Shown: one piece after another, positions 11,601-24,487 of the stretch
Numbering within the stretch: the first letter of the stretch is position 1
Layout of the letters: each line of letters opens with the position of its first letter
Assembly (NCBI GenBank): GCA_024704765.1
Contig: JAKMXF010000305.1
Location: 348,682-412,681 of the forward strand
Length of the DNA: 64,000 bases
From: Oopsacas minuta
Lineage: Eukaryota > Animalia > Porifera
Direction: 5' to 3'
The notes under the pieces: generated by a model
Database searches by the model: none
Told to the model about the DNA's origin: nothing
What the model saw: only the letters and a program-made list of their open reading frames with translations
Program-made: the position numbers and the translations under genes

Positions 11601-14600
11601 AATAGATCTCTGCAACTCTGTGGGGACACTTTCGATTAACCATTTTCAATGATAGAATTCAACTATCTGTATTTTCCTTAAGGAATCACTCAACAACTCC
11701 ATCTATACGTTATACAAATGTCGAACTCCTTTGAATAAAATCCAAAAATACTAACGAATTGGTTCTATACTTTTTGAGGAATAAAATGATATATTTGTTA
11801 TATAATTGGTGAAACACCAAGTAGATCATAGTAGTGGTAGTATATTCATAAATCGTAAATACATAAATACCAACTAACCAGCTCCCCTGGGTCCTAATGG
11901 AGTGACTACAGAGTCATTTTTAGAAAAAATATGTTGAGGAATATTGTGATATTCAGCCTCTTTAGTTGCAAGACATTGATACATCGTGACCAAAAGATCG
12001 ATGTCTTCATCTTCCCTGAAATTATCACCAGAAAAAACATCATTTAATGAATATAATCCAACTGCATAAGGACGTCGGACAAATACCTATCAGATGGATA
12101 AAGTATTAATATTATTTTAATAGTATTGAAGCCACGAGGATATTAACGTTTATAATTCAAATAGTCCTGAAACGTGGATACGCTTGTATTTCATCAGACA
12201 AATATGGCCAGACTACAAGTATTCATTTTTACATACAATATATTTATTATTCAAGACAGAATTTACCATGTTCCTATTACCCTGAATGAACTATCACTTG
12301 GTCATATAATCAAAGCAGTTTAGTGCACCTCCAAAACATTACAGACATGGACAAAGTTCGATGCTGGTACCACCAGACCCATGTCGATATATCCTACTGA
12401 TGAAAATATAAATTTGGGTATACATTTGGGGTGTAGATATGTACTTGGATTTAGATGCATTGGTATGCATCATCAATAGTTCTATAGTGCAGACGCTGCA
12501 ACAACAAATTTTGGGTAGTTATACATAAAAGGTTTGTCCCAACACAGGCTGAAGGGTAAAGTAATATAGCAGGGAATTGCATAGAATGGTCTTATATCCA
12601 GGATATCAATATAAACAACATATATGGTTTAAAAATACAATTTTGGAGTTGCTGATTAATGTTAATAAAATAAAGAATTTTTCAGAAATCTTAATGGGGA
12701 AATTAAGTAATTAATTTGTCAAATTATGTGAAACATTGCAAAGCCTCATGAATGAAAGAACCACGTAGCCAAAAATCATCCTCGGGGCTTCCAATTCAAA
12801 ATCAATTCCGAACATACAAAAAGATAGGTATTAAGTGAGGTCTACTAGGGTAGGATTCTAAAACTGTGATCATTCGACCAAAATTGGCCACAGAAATATT
12901 TAAGTCAATCTTTGATACTTTATTTTTTCGCCGTTTAGACAAACGTAGTCAAAATGAAACGATCAAACTGAGCCAAAAGTGGCGAAACGTAACCAAATAG
13001 GACCAAAATGTAGCCAATCATGACAAACCTTGAAAAAAAATAAGATAAGGACTGATCTTCTAGCTTCTTACAAAAATATACAAAGTGTGGCCATAGCAAA
13101 CGGAAGATTGAGAACCCTGTATTAGAGAATATGGTGTACACGCGTGTACAGTGAATTCATCTACGCAGTATGCAATTGTATACATGAGACACGATGTATT
13201 GTCGGTTAAATAGAAAAATCACTCGCATGTGGGTCGTTAAAATAGGTTTGGCTCTAAGGGATGTTACAAACACCATTAAATGTTCCTTGTCCTGATTGGC
13301 AATAAATAGTCGGTGAGGGAAAATTATAGCCGACATCAATTATATGAAATATTCTAAATGAAGTCGAAACATAATCATCATTCAGCATATAGGTATCGAA
13401 TGCAAAGATCCAATCCAACAACATTGAGCTAGCTGACCTCAGGCTGAACATGCGTGAGCAAACGTGTCGCTAAGGTATAATGATTTCTCGGAGAACAAAA
13501 TGCACATAATAATCCAGGATCTTTATTGTGTTTTAGTAGCAGATATGTTCGAAATGTTTAGTTTCCCTAAGATTGCAGCATGAGCTACCTTTTAGAGCTA
13601 AAAGATTTAACATATAGTTGTCAAGATATAATGTGGCAGAGTTATCGCCCTGGAGGACCGCAGTTCGGGTCACCTATAAGGCCAATATTATAATTCTCGG
13701 TGTGTAACACCTTTTATATAATGGTATATGTGCACCCTTACAAAGGTTTTAGCAAGGTAATAAGTAACTTTTAATAGTTCAGAAATAAAATGAACAGGAG
13801 TACAAAATGTATTGACTTTTGAGTATTGATACTCTTTCAGCTATAGTAGTGCACAAGTTTTCAGCTTTGATTTGGCACCTTCAAGGTATGCCCACGTGTG
13901 ACATTAATCTGTGTCTGTATTGACTGTAGTATAGTCTTCGTGTGTGCATGTATTATGCATGAGCTGGTGAGCTGTAGTCTGTGTGTGTAATGTTGTAGAA
14001 ATTTCCTTATGTAATATCTGTATTAGTTTTCTGTATTTGAAAATGTTGTTGTTGCAGCCTAATGATAATTCAAATTTAGGAATATACTATCTCTGTTTTG
14101 ACGTGGCTTTGTATATCTACTTAGCTTTCTAACGCCCCCAAAACTTTACAGAGATCCGGGGGCTCCATGGGCCACATTGTGAAACACTGCCGTAACAAAT
14201 CCAATATAAAGTTGTAGAGCATAGGACAAGTAGTATTCGACCATAATTGGTTCAGGGATATTTAAAGTTTAAGGATGCTCTTCCAGTTTTAAGTCCATCC
14301 TGCATGGGTATTCTGCGCGTCATTTTCTTCTGGAGGCACCATAGTGGATTGTTGACTGACAGGAAGATACACTTCTAACACTATTTTATCCTCAAAGTTT
14401 TCTAGGCGCAGCTATGAACGCCTAAACTTAAAGATGTCCTATGCTACCATTCTCCTGTGATGGATTTAAGGATTACAAAATAAATGAATGCAGTGTAAGT
14501 TTGCCAGTTTACTCATCATTCTGTGATAATACCGCGGAGAAATAATGGATACTTGCGTAAGCGTACCCAAAGGGGTTCGGTGGGGCAAGGGTTCCCCGAA

Positions 14601-15039
14601 AAATAAATCTAGGTGGGCGCCCCCACACTTTATGAATAACATATATAAAGAATGAAGTGAAAATATTATACGAAATAGTTGAATTAATCCTAAATAGATG
14701 ATCAATTGGAGATTCCAAATCTGATTTATGACAAACTAGCTGAAATCGTTGTTATTAAATAAATCAAGAGTTAATTAATGGGTTGTTCACAGGGGTGGCG
14801 CTATATGGGTGTTGTGGAGCTATAAACATCTCCATAATTCTTCTAGAACCCACAGTTGACCTAATTATATAATTAAACGTCGGGAATTTCGTGATATGTA
14901 TATTTTAATCTTGAATAATAGATATAAAGTGGAAATAGCATAAACGGACACTCGTTGGGAAATGAATTATTATGGGTTTCGCAATTTGTCGAGATACGCA
15001 GGTGAATTTGTAGGATTAGAAGCTATTTCAGATCAGAAA

Positions 15040-15300
15040 CACTGGCTGATTATAGAGGTATTCCGTCTTATACAGGTTCTGGCTAATGGAGGTTCCAATG
15101 TATTCATAGAGTTCATACCTACAACCTTTGTCAATCTTAAGGCTAGAATCAGTGCAATATTCGCCCTGGTCAATGAATATTACTCCTGGATTACATTCAA
15201 AAGTGCCCAAACTTAAATAATTCTCTCACTTGCTATGCGGCCTCGTAAAATAGTTCTACGAGTATACAAACAACCCAAGAGGCATTTTGCCAATCTACCA
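15040..15300 (-). pseudogene. MULE transposase C-terminal relic
   Basis: The minus strand reads VWALLNVIQE*YSLTRANIALILA...RLTKVV, resembling the IWK.I..L..EQSL..ANIAQI tail of MULE transposases. Confidence 0.4.
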
Positions 15301-16067
15301 TTATGTGCAGGGAGGAATTCGATGTATTTAATTACTGTGCATTCCATATCAATTGAATTAGCATGTGATTATTATATTACAACCAATGAATTTAGTTTTT
15401 GACCTGAAATACAACATATAAATATATATGTTATCAGGTACTTGAGATCTCAATGGATGGTTGGTCATTAATGAGATGTAACACCGGAAATATAACCACA
15501 TCCAAATCAGAGTTGAATTTGCCAATAGAAAATGAGTTGATACAGCCCTGCCATATAGCTAACCCTCACTTTCTTACGCAAAAGGGGTTCGATTGAGAAT
15601 GGACGAAGAGTCATCTACCGCGTGCGGGCGCTCGAATGGCTTTGAAAGAGGGTAGTAAAGCAACCAGTCCCGTTAGCCCACCCCGATAGGAATTCTGGTT
15701 TCTTTTCTGAGACATATCTAAGAACCATAAGTGTAAAAATTGCAATCAGTTCTGGAGCGGCGAAATAGTGAATGAAACAAAATCAGAACTAGAAGACAGT
15801 ATAACTATAACAGATAAGAAGACATTATGACTATATAATTACTTAGTTCTAAAAATTGGATATAAATCAAATCAACTTTGATAATATTCATAAGGAGTTG
15901 TGAAAAGAACTGATTTCTGTATATGTGTTGTTATACATATCAGTGGTGGCGATAGCGAGTATCTAATAAGGGGTCAAAAGTAGAGCTTGACCGACAATGT
16001 ATTATGAAATAAACTACAAAATTCGTTAAATTCGAACTCCCACATCGACAAGAATATGAATCGATCC

Positions 16068-17407
16068 CCAGGTCGTCTACAAAAGGTATTCATTTAATTC
16101 GTAACTCTTAGAATATTTGTGTTATATAAGTGAGATAAGCCTCAAATGCTACTATAAATGTTCAAAGTAGTCTCCCTTGTGCTCAACTACAAGCTTTAAA
16201 CGCTCTATCCACTTCAAAAATGTTTTTTTATACTCTTCTTGTGGTATGTCTCTGAGGTACCGTTGGATGGCCTTCCAATTTGCATCCGTTCTCCAAAACT
16301 GTACCTGCAGCCCATCGAATAGCCAGAAGTCGCAAGGTGCTAGGTCAGGGCTATAGGGTGGATGTTCCAATTCCTCAAGACCTATAGAAGCAATCTTTTC
16401 CTTGACTTCCTTAGATTTGTGCGGTCTGGCATTATCATGCAAAATTTTGATTCCTCTAAGACCCGTGGCTGGCCGACGTTCAATATAATGTTTTTCGATT
16501 CCCGGAAGAACAACTGTTGCATAAAAGTGCCCGGTAACTGTTTGCCCCTTAGGAGTACAGATTCGGCAGACTGGACCATGTGCATCAAAAAATATGGTGT
16601 ACATTACTTTGGTGGCCCAATGATCTGGTCTTGGTAGTGCTGGGGGAGAACTCCCTTTTACAATCCATAACTTGTTCTGTTCTTTGCGAGTTGGCTCTGA
16701 ATATCTTATCCACGTCTCATCACCGGTACATATTTCAAATAGTCGCCTCTCATCACATTGATCATACTTTTCAAGCAGTTTTTTTGCAATTCTCACCCGG
16801 GTCTTCTTTTGAGTCTGATTCAACAAATATGGGACCCAACGTGAGCAAACCTTGGACATACCAAGATGCTTGGCCAGAATTGCATGCACACTTCCCGTTG
16901 ACAAAGTTAGGCTGGTAGCTAACTGCTATCGTAATATGGGGATCAGAGTCACACATTTCAGCTACAAGAGCAATATTGTTTGCAGTGGTAGCAATTATAG
17001 GTTGCCCCATCCGAGGGTCATCTTCAATCGACACCCTACCTTCACGAAAACGTAGACTCCACTTCTTAACGGTTGATTCCGAACAGGCCTCCCCACTATA
17101 TACCTGTACTAAATCTTAGTGGATATTCCTTGGCGTATCGCCGAGTAATGAGCGGATTTTGATGTATGCTCTTTGTTCAAGTAGAAATTCATTAGATTTT
17201 GAAGCCATAAATTCTTCTGTGGTTGCTATAACCTATCTTCAAAAGGGTGTATCTCAAAAAATATCAAATCAATTTCACAAAGTATAGTGTCCTAAATAGA
17301 CGAAAATCTAAGCTATAAATTAGATGCAAATAGTAAATACATGTAGTTAAACAATGATAGCAATAGCTAGGGTTACGAACTACTTGAAATCCCTTTGTAG
17401 ATGCTGG
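16068..17407 (-). mobile_element. Full-length but inactivated mariner (DD34D)
   Basis: Degenerate TIRs (CCAGGTCGTCTACAAAAGG / reverse complement CCAGCATCTACAAAGGG). The transposase starts at ATG 17208 and has one stop plus frameshifts. Motifs WVPYLL, ICTGDETW, KILHDNARPH and HPPYSPDLAPCDFW give D-34-D. Confidence 0.92.
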
Positions 17408-19239
17408 ACAAAACTATCAGAGAAAATCAGGATGTCGTCGATATAACTTCGGGCCTCTCGACCCCCTCTAATGTATAATGATTAGACACTGAAACTTAGA
17501 CCAGAAATTTTTATCCTACAAACACCACTAATATCTCATATACCAATCGACGGTTTTCCCGATAACTAAATCACGCATAGGCAAGCACCAATAGGCTGGG
17601 GTGACATCTAGAACCGAATATACAGGCTCCATTCCAGTTAGCAAAATATCATTTCGCGTGCAGTGTTTGCCAGAAAAGAGCACTCCGGGTCAAAACTCTA
17701 GCAAAAAACAGGAAAAGACGGTTTTTCAACCCCTGAAAAAGGCACCAGATTGGGAGAAAAGAACACACATAGACATTGAAAATTTAGGAAATTATAGTAT
17801 ATAATCATAGATATATTTGCATAAATACAACTCATATATTAGAAGCAAGAACATGTATTATTTAGCTTATAAGCGTTGTTCCCAGAGTGGTAAACATGAA
17901 AAACGTTAACAAGCAAATAAAAGTAAATCTCTTTGCGAGATCAAGTCACTTTAAATTAAATCAAATCAAATAATTCAAACGTTTGTTCTAATTTAAGACA
18001 CTAGTTGTTTATGCATCTTCAAGGTTCTTTAGAAATGTGGGAACAGATTATTTATGGATTTACTCCATGTCTATCCCAATAATCTTATGGTTAATAAGTA
18101 AATTTTTAAGTTTACTAAGTGAGCACAACTTAACCGAGCTCTACTGGAATTCAGAAACAGTTGTAGTTATATATGAGATAGCTACTTCTATTAAATGTAG
18201 ATTTTTTGAATAGGTCGGTAGCTGTGCAACTTTATGTGGACATCCCAGATAAAAGGACTAAATATTTCTACATGACACCCATAACAATAGACAATAATTT
18301 CAGATTCACCTATATTTTCATCCAAAGAACCAAGTAAGAGAAATTTCTAGCACTCAAAGGCGAATATGATAAATACTTTAATTGATATGCCGAGAGAGCT
18401 TGGCCCCCAAGAAATAACGTGTCGCCAGGCCAGGCCCCTCCGTTCGCGAAATCCTGGCGATGCCCCTGATAATATTATTATGTATCTGTAAGAAATATGT
18501 TGTTACCTTTTTGAGACACTCCTGCGTTGATATGGAAAAATATCTCCAAAAATGTTAAGTGAATAATCAAATTGCTGGAAATTGGATGCAGAGTACGAAT
18601 CTGGTGCATACAAGTAGATTCGATTCGAATTGAAGGGGTGATCGCTTGGGGGATATATCGGCATAATTGTTGCCAGCCTCCATCTATAAAGACTTGAAGA
18701 GATCGAAAATGTATCCTTCAGAAGTGGTTTCTATAAAAATTCCGGATCTATGGTCATGGGTAACATGTAGATAGAGTTTGGTCTTTTTCACCGGGATGTT
18801 AACATTTTGAAGAAATAAGCTCTCAAACTGCTTGATTAGAACCCATTGGCTTATCAATAACATTCAATACTCGATGGTAATGCTACTGATGAATTGACCA
18901 AGGAAATGTAGAGTCAGTCAATATCAACGTCGAATGATTATATAATAGTATATTCGGACAAGATCAATGGATTATAAATATTCAACAATCTATCTATAAA
19001 GACTACTTCCAAGTCGGAATTAAGTTAGTTGATCAAGTAGTTAGCAATATGTTAACGAAATACTGAAATTGTAAAACGCTGGGAAGAGTTAGTTGTTATC
19101 TTTACGCTTAAAACATTCACCATCTGTATTAAGGGTATTTTTTAAATATCAAAGATCGGAACCAGAAATGTCTTCAGACTCAAGAGTTATAGTAAAGAAT
19201 ATGGATTACACATCAGTGGTTTAAATACGCAATAGCTAA

Positions 19240-19630
19240 GAAATATTATCTGGGCATTGTAAAGTTACATAAAGGATATCGATTCATAGCAAGTGATACT
19301 CAAATATTGAGAAATAATTGAAGCAAATAAGACTACAGAATAGGATTTGGAATCCGACAGCAACGTGATCAGAATTATTGATCCGATAATACTTTGAAAT
19401 AATTGAAATAGTTTCACTGTCATAGACGTCATTCAACCGTCACATAATAATAGTTTCCTCCTAATCATCGTATAGATGCACAACAAAAGCATCGATGTTG
19501 CTACATACATTAAATAGTAAGTTAGAAGTAAAATTTCTATCTATTAGAGCTCCACGGGGTATAAGTGAGAGGAAGAAGCAAATTGAAAATTGTAAAAGCA
19601 AAAAATGAAGGAATCACAAACAAAATACAA
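19240..19630 (+). repeat. Dispersed repeat, copy 2 (possible Penelope-like 3' tail)
   Basis: Direct repeat of 405-770. Upstream sequence near 19100 gives IFTLKTF..., weakly resembling a GIY-YIG C-terminus. The family assignment is tentative. Confidence 0.5.
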
Positions 19631-20339
19631 ATACAATTAATTACATGAATAGTTGAATAACATTGCAGAAAAATCTTGTCATTTCAATCTAGGTTCTGCC
19701 TCCTACGTTATACTTGTGAAGATCTAATAACTGATACTATTCGTAAATGCCAACTATAGGTACCAAATACTTTATTCATACTAGGAACATTGATGCATTT
19801 ATAGAGTATCGATAATTATTTCTATATGGTGTTTAGAAAAAAACAAGTATTATCTGACGATTGAACACTTCAATCCACTGTATATATAAATGTAAAACGA
19901 AAAAGAGCGAATTATCTGCGGGCCACGGTTTGAGCACCCTTGGGCTAGAATCTGTTCAAATACATTTACATAGCAATGGAGGAATGTGTGAAAAAATAAT
20001 CACCTTTTTCAAAATTTTGGCACGAAAATTCCATGCCCAAAACGGATGTTACGCAAAGAATGATGACAAATCACAATATTGAGAAGTTCAATATCATTTC
20101 ACGTCAATTTTAGGTCAATTTAAGGACTTTTTGACGTTATTGCAGATCGTTTAGAGTATTTTCAGCTCATTTTCTGGCTTCGGGGATTTATCATAATATT
20201 TCTTCTTTAAATGATCACACCTTGTTACTTCCAAAATACGGTCAACTAGTTTCGAATATGATATATCTCCAATGTAATAGGATCTGGTCAAATTAAATAC
20301 TGAGTAATAACTGGCAGTATATCCATCCATCCTTTAGCA

Positions 20340-21150
20340 GATTTGTCCCCACTTGAACGGAACTCACTTGAGTGAAATCCATTAAGCCAATTATTTAACA
20401 GTTTAATAAATGAATTATTTTAATAAGATTCAAAACAAGTACATAAATGAAATGTACGAGTATTAATCATAGAGAAATATTTATTGGTTATGTAATATTA
20501 TGAGCAGTTCCGGTTAAATATTCATCGGCACTCTTCTGTCCAAAGGTAAAAGATAAAGTAAGGTTTCTAATATTTTCGTTAATTTGTCTGTATTTTATAG
20601 TCTTGGAATAAGCCTTTATATTTCTGATTATTATTTGAGCTAATAGCGTTTCGGTACATCCTTGCTCTCTAATAAGCTTTGACACAAATTCAAAGATATT
20701 TGAGTGTGCTTTCCAATCCCTCTATTTAATCTTAAATGCTAACCTTCCAGATGACATTAGGTTCTTCGTTGTACTCTATACAAATTCCAAAGCTTATGGA
20801 AGTTCTAATTGGAACATCACTGTTCCCCTAATCATTTATACCATAGATACAGCCATTGCAATCTCGAGTGCGACAATGCCATCGTTTCTCAGTATTGCCC
20901 TACACTAATTTGCCAAATCTATAAGAATGACCTTCAAAACTTAACGCAGGACACTTTTTGTTGTTTCGTAATGGGATGCCATTTAATGATATAATTTCTT
21001 TGACATGGAAAAGGTTCCCATATATACGAAATTGATCTATGATACCAAATGTGTATTATTTTAACACCAAAAAGCACCCTTTTATTCGAGTTTCATTTGA
21101 TAACTTTACACATTGTGATATGGTTTCGCTCAAGTGGGAAACCCCCTTTA
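20340..21150 (-). mobile_element. Internally deleted MULE (FLYWCH zinc finger joined to transposase tail)
   Basis: The minus strand reads LSFEGHSY...KRWHCRTRDCNGCI (FLYWCH), then WNLY..RT*CHLEG*H..AHSNIFEFVSKLIREQ...DEYLTGTAHNIT*. A TIR-like CCCACTTGA(G/A)CG(A/G)AAC motif is present at both ends. Confidence 0.75.
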
Positions 21151-21749
21151 GCGTATGGAATCCCCATTCCTAAGTTGATTAATTTCACTCAAATTTATTA
21201 TTAAACGACCTCAAATTGACCTGAGAATGACTTGAAAAGATCTGAAAATGAACTGCAAATGACATGATTAATCTTGAGACCTGTGACCTTACCTGCATGG
21301 AATATTATTCACGATGACATGAACTGACTTGACTATGTAAGACCTTTAGACCATCCTGCTGTGTGGACTAAGTGCAAGTATTGTCTTGTCTCCATTACAT
21401 TCGATGTCAATTTGAGAACGTTTTGAAAACGAAAAATGAAGCGATATAACCCTGTAACCATACTAATATTGCTTAAATGTCAGCTTATATCTTCAGGTTG
21501 ATAGAAATTTCTAATACTTAGATTGGTATCCTTACCCTTCTACTTCTAAGTGCTTGTATTGAAATTTTGGCTTGGATTCTGAGTTTACAAACTATCTTAA
21601 GCATCAGCCATCCAGTTTAACAGTTATGAGCATAATATGGGTATTCAGATGGACGAATTTTACGTGCAATCTACTTTTACATATGAGTACAGGGATGAAG
21701 CTAATAGGATCATATTTGAATCCTACTGAAACTGAAAACAGTTAAGTAT
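20842..21749. repeat. 908-bp near-identical inverted duplication, copy A
   Basis: Reverse complement of 59023-59930 (positions sum to 80772, no indels). Row-by-row comparison found one mismatch, at 59221. Confidence 0.95.
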
Positions 21750-23344
21750 TCATGATATCCACTAGCCAGTTGTGTTGAAGGATTGGTCTAGTATTATCCG
21801 TTTACTACCCTGTACCAATCCATCTGCGGTTGTACTCTTTCCGATAATCAAAGCAGTTATTCAAGATGCAGAATCATGCGGCATGCGGTATTTTGTCCAA
21901 GTGACTCTCTACAAAACGAATCTTAAAACACAAAGTTCCTCAAGATATGGAATTAAATCAACCATATTTTTTTGTTCTTTGACTTCGTACACACACTCAG
22001 ATCAATCCGTAAATCTGGCTCAATTAAAAAGATTATACTACAACATTTACTTTCTAGATTATGATCAGATCCAAGTAGTAAACACGGAAGTCTTTGAAAA
22101 GATATGACAATAGTACAAAGGTGATCAACACGCTGGGCTAAATAAACTCCAAGTTTAACTTCTAATGCTGGGCTTCCACATCGGAAAGACAGTATTTAGA
22201 CTCATGGAAAATGTATAAGATGGATCAACAGCAGCTGCTTTGAATGTTGAACACCCTTGGCGATATCAACTCTCTACCAATACACAGACTGCAAAACCAA
22301 TAATGACACTGGATAGTTTTCTTCAATGTCTAGTTGATTGGGCAGATTGTTGGCAGGCGACTTATGAGAAAAAGAAAAAAAGCCCTCAAACTATTACCAG
22401 TTTTAGTCACTCTTGCCTTGCACTTGCAGCTATAGTTAACCAAAGTTTGCCGAGAAAATGTGTGATTTTATCAAGTAAAGGCGCAACAAATCTGTTTCTG
22501 GTGTGGAAATTGGTTAAAGGAGGTTGTAAAATTATAGTGTTCGTTTTCAACAAGAACGCAAAACACTTTGACCATTATTCGTCAACCCTCTGGCTGAAAA
22601 TTATAGCTATTAATATGTGCTGTCTTTAATTCAGCAAATTGACCCTCTGGAACATCATTTTGATGATTTGGTGCATAATACCATATTTCCTACATGATAC
22701 TTGAAACAAGAAGGCGACTGAAATTTTCCAAATTCCAAATTATTTTCAAGAAGACCTGTAGAAGATAATGTTTCAAGCAAGATCTTTTCAGAATCATACT
22801 GATTAACTTATCAGCAAAGCTCTCATGCCTCCTTTAGCTATTCAAGATTATTGCGAAATTGAATTACGCACATACGTCAGACAATTAATTGGCCATCGGG
22901 ACACATTACTAAGAAACACAAATTATGAAATTCTGCCTAGAATGTCCGAAATAGTATATGTACATGCACATATTCACGAATATCTTTTTGTATTCCCTTT
23001 CAAATGTAATCTCTCCTGATCATTTCAATTGTAGTATTGATTCCACAATGTTCTGGATCATGGAATAAGTGGAAGGTTTGGGAAACGTCTTCAGTCTTAG
23101 GGAAGCGAAACGATGTCGAAACACCATTAACAATAGTCTGGTTAATCTACGAGAAAAATAAACTCCAAATTCGCAACTTCATTGTATAACTACCCATGTA
23201 GAGTTGAATATCTTCACCAAATTGGTAATGTGATACACGTTGTTTAAAATTGTGTCTGGCAAATTTGGTAGCTGTTCTTAGAGTGTTCGGCAATTCAGTA
23301 CGTGATAGAAAATTCACAAGCTTCAAATACTCAGAGGCATCCAT
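21150..23344 (-). pseudogene. Ginger1/GIN-like integrase relic
   Basis: Starts MDASEYLKLVNFL..., then HDPEHCGINTTIEMIRRDYI*KGIQKDIREYV (H2C2 zinc motif with W>stop). Degenerate YNPQ.DGLVQ near 21830 and EYL...RIQ core remnants run into the duplicated segment. Confidence 0.6.
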
Positions 23345-24025
23345 TATTCACTAAGTAATTAAAACAATGGAAATAATTGGTATGTTTGTCATACATCCCA
23401 TGTCAAACCAAATTCTGGTTTGGTACAACGAACTCAGTCAAATTTCTATGTAAAAACGTGGAAGAAAACAGTTCAGGGAAAATGCAAAATTATCTTGCTT
23501 ATGTCTAGTTATGTAATATACTCCAGAGCAGAAACAAAGAAACCATTGAAAATGGATTATTATCAGTGTAATAAGAACTAAGAGTTGAGTTATACGATTT
23601 CATGTCATGATCAAAGGGTAATAATTCTGTCATGTAAGGTAGTAACTCTGTCATGGATATAGAGTATGCATGGTACCAGTAATAGAGGTAGTAAAACTAT
23701 AATGGTCGTAAATGTGTCATACAACAGTACTCAATTACTTCAGTCATTCTCCTACACAGATGGATACTCAGTTTATCTCTATTACTTACATTTTGACTAT
23801 ATGGAATCCACCAAGCATACTCGATAGTTCAGTTAAAGTCTTTCTGGAAAATTCCTGTCAATTTAACAATACAGTGATCGAGAATGAACCAGCTGATATA
23901 TGGAGAGATATGTTTAACAGTTGTGATACTCTCATAGCCAAACGATTAACCTCTACTTCAAAGTGTATCTTATCGAATAATATTAAAAGGGATTACTTAT
24001 TGTCGGCGGCCTACATTGTCGGCTA

Positions 24026-24240
24026 GCCGACAAATAAGGAATTATGGCCGACATATAAGGATTTAGCCGACAAATAAGGAATTATGGCCGACATATAAGG
24101 ATTTAGCCGACAAATAAGGAATTATGGCTGACATATAAGGATTTAGCCGACAAATAAGGAATTATGGCCGACATATAAGGATTTAACCGACATATAAGGA
24201 TTTAACCGACATATAAGGATTTAGGCACCATATAAGGAAT
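24026..24240 (+). repeat. Left subterminal tandem array of the MULE TIR
   Basis: Four copies of a 40-bp unit (GCCGACAAATAAGGAATTATG + GCCGACATATAAGGATTTA), then two 19-bp monomers and one degenerate copy. Confidence 0.95.
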
Positions 24241-24487
24241 TTTTCTATTTCTAACTTCGTATAAATTGCCTCGAATTTCTCCATATATGCATAATAATTC
24301 GTATTAATCAAAATCGTGGTAATCCTAAAGAGGAGAACGTATATTTCCAACATGCAATTTTTGGGCAAATTTGGTTGAATTTCGGGTTCAAAAGGTCATT
24401 TTCTGATTGGGACACAGTAACTCAGTCCTACCATCTGCGGATAATATTTATTATATTTGTGCGAATTAAACAATGTAGCTATTTATC

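Noticed and set aside
11870-12010. Minus-strand GPRGAG as a Walker A motif
   Set aside because: A stop follows immediately, the GK[ST] lysine is missing, and no other NTPase motifs are visible.
12330-12500. VGYIDMG resembling a P-element/THAP9 or piggyBac motif
   Set aside because: Too short, and the flanking motifs expected for either family are absent.
16362-17055. Plus-strand ORFs overlapping the mariner (likewise 28292-28837, 35584-35802 and 25411-26078)
   Set aside because: Antisense shadows of transposase coding sequence.
14120-19920. Isolated GC-rich hAT-like ends (~14185, ~14570, ~14790, ~18465, ~19910; also ~42185, ~58410, ~60415)
   Set aside because: They look like MITE termini, but I could not pair them or find TSDs, so they are not reported as elements.
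24026-24240. Regular short repeats resembling a CRISPR array
   Set aside because: The units are contiguous with no unique spacers, they are mirrored at the other end of a Mutator element, and the context is eukaryotic with no cas genes.
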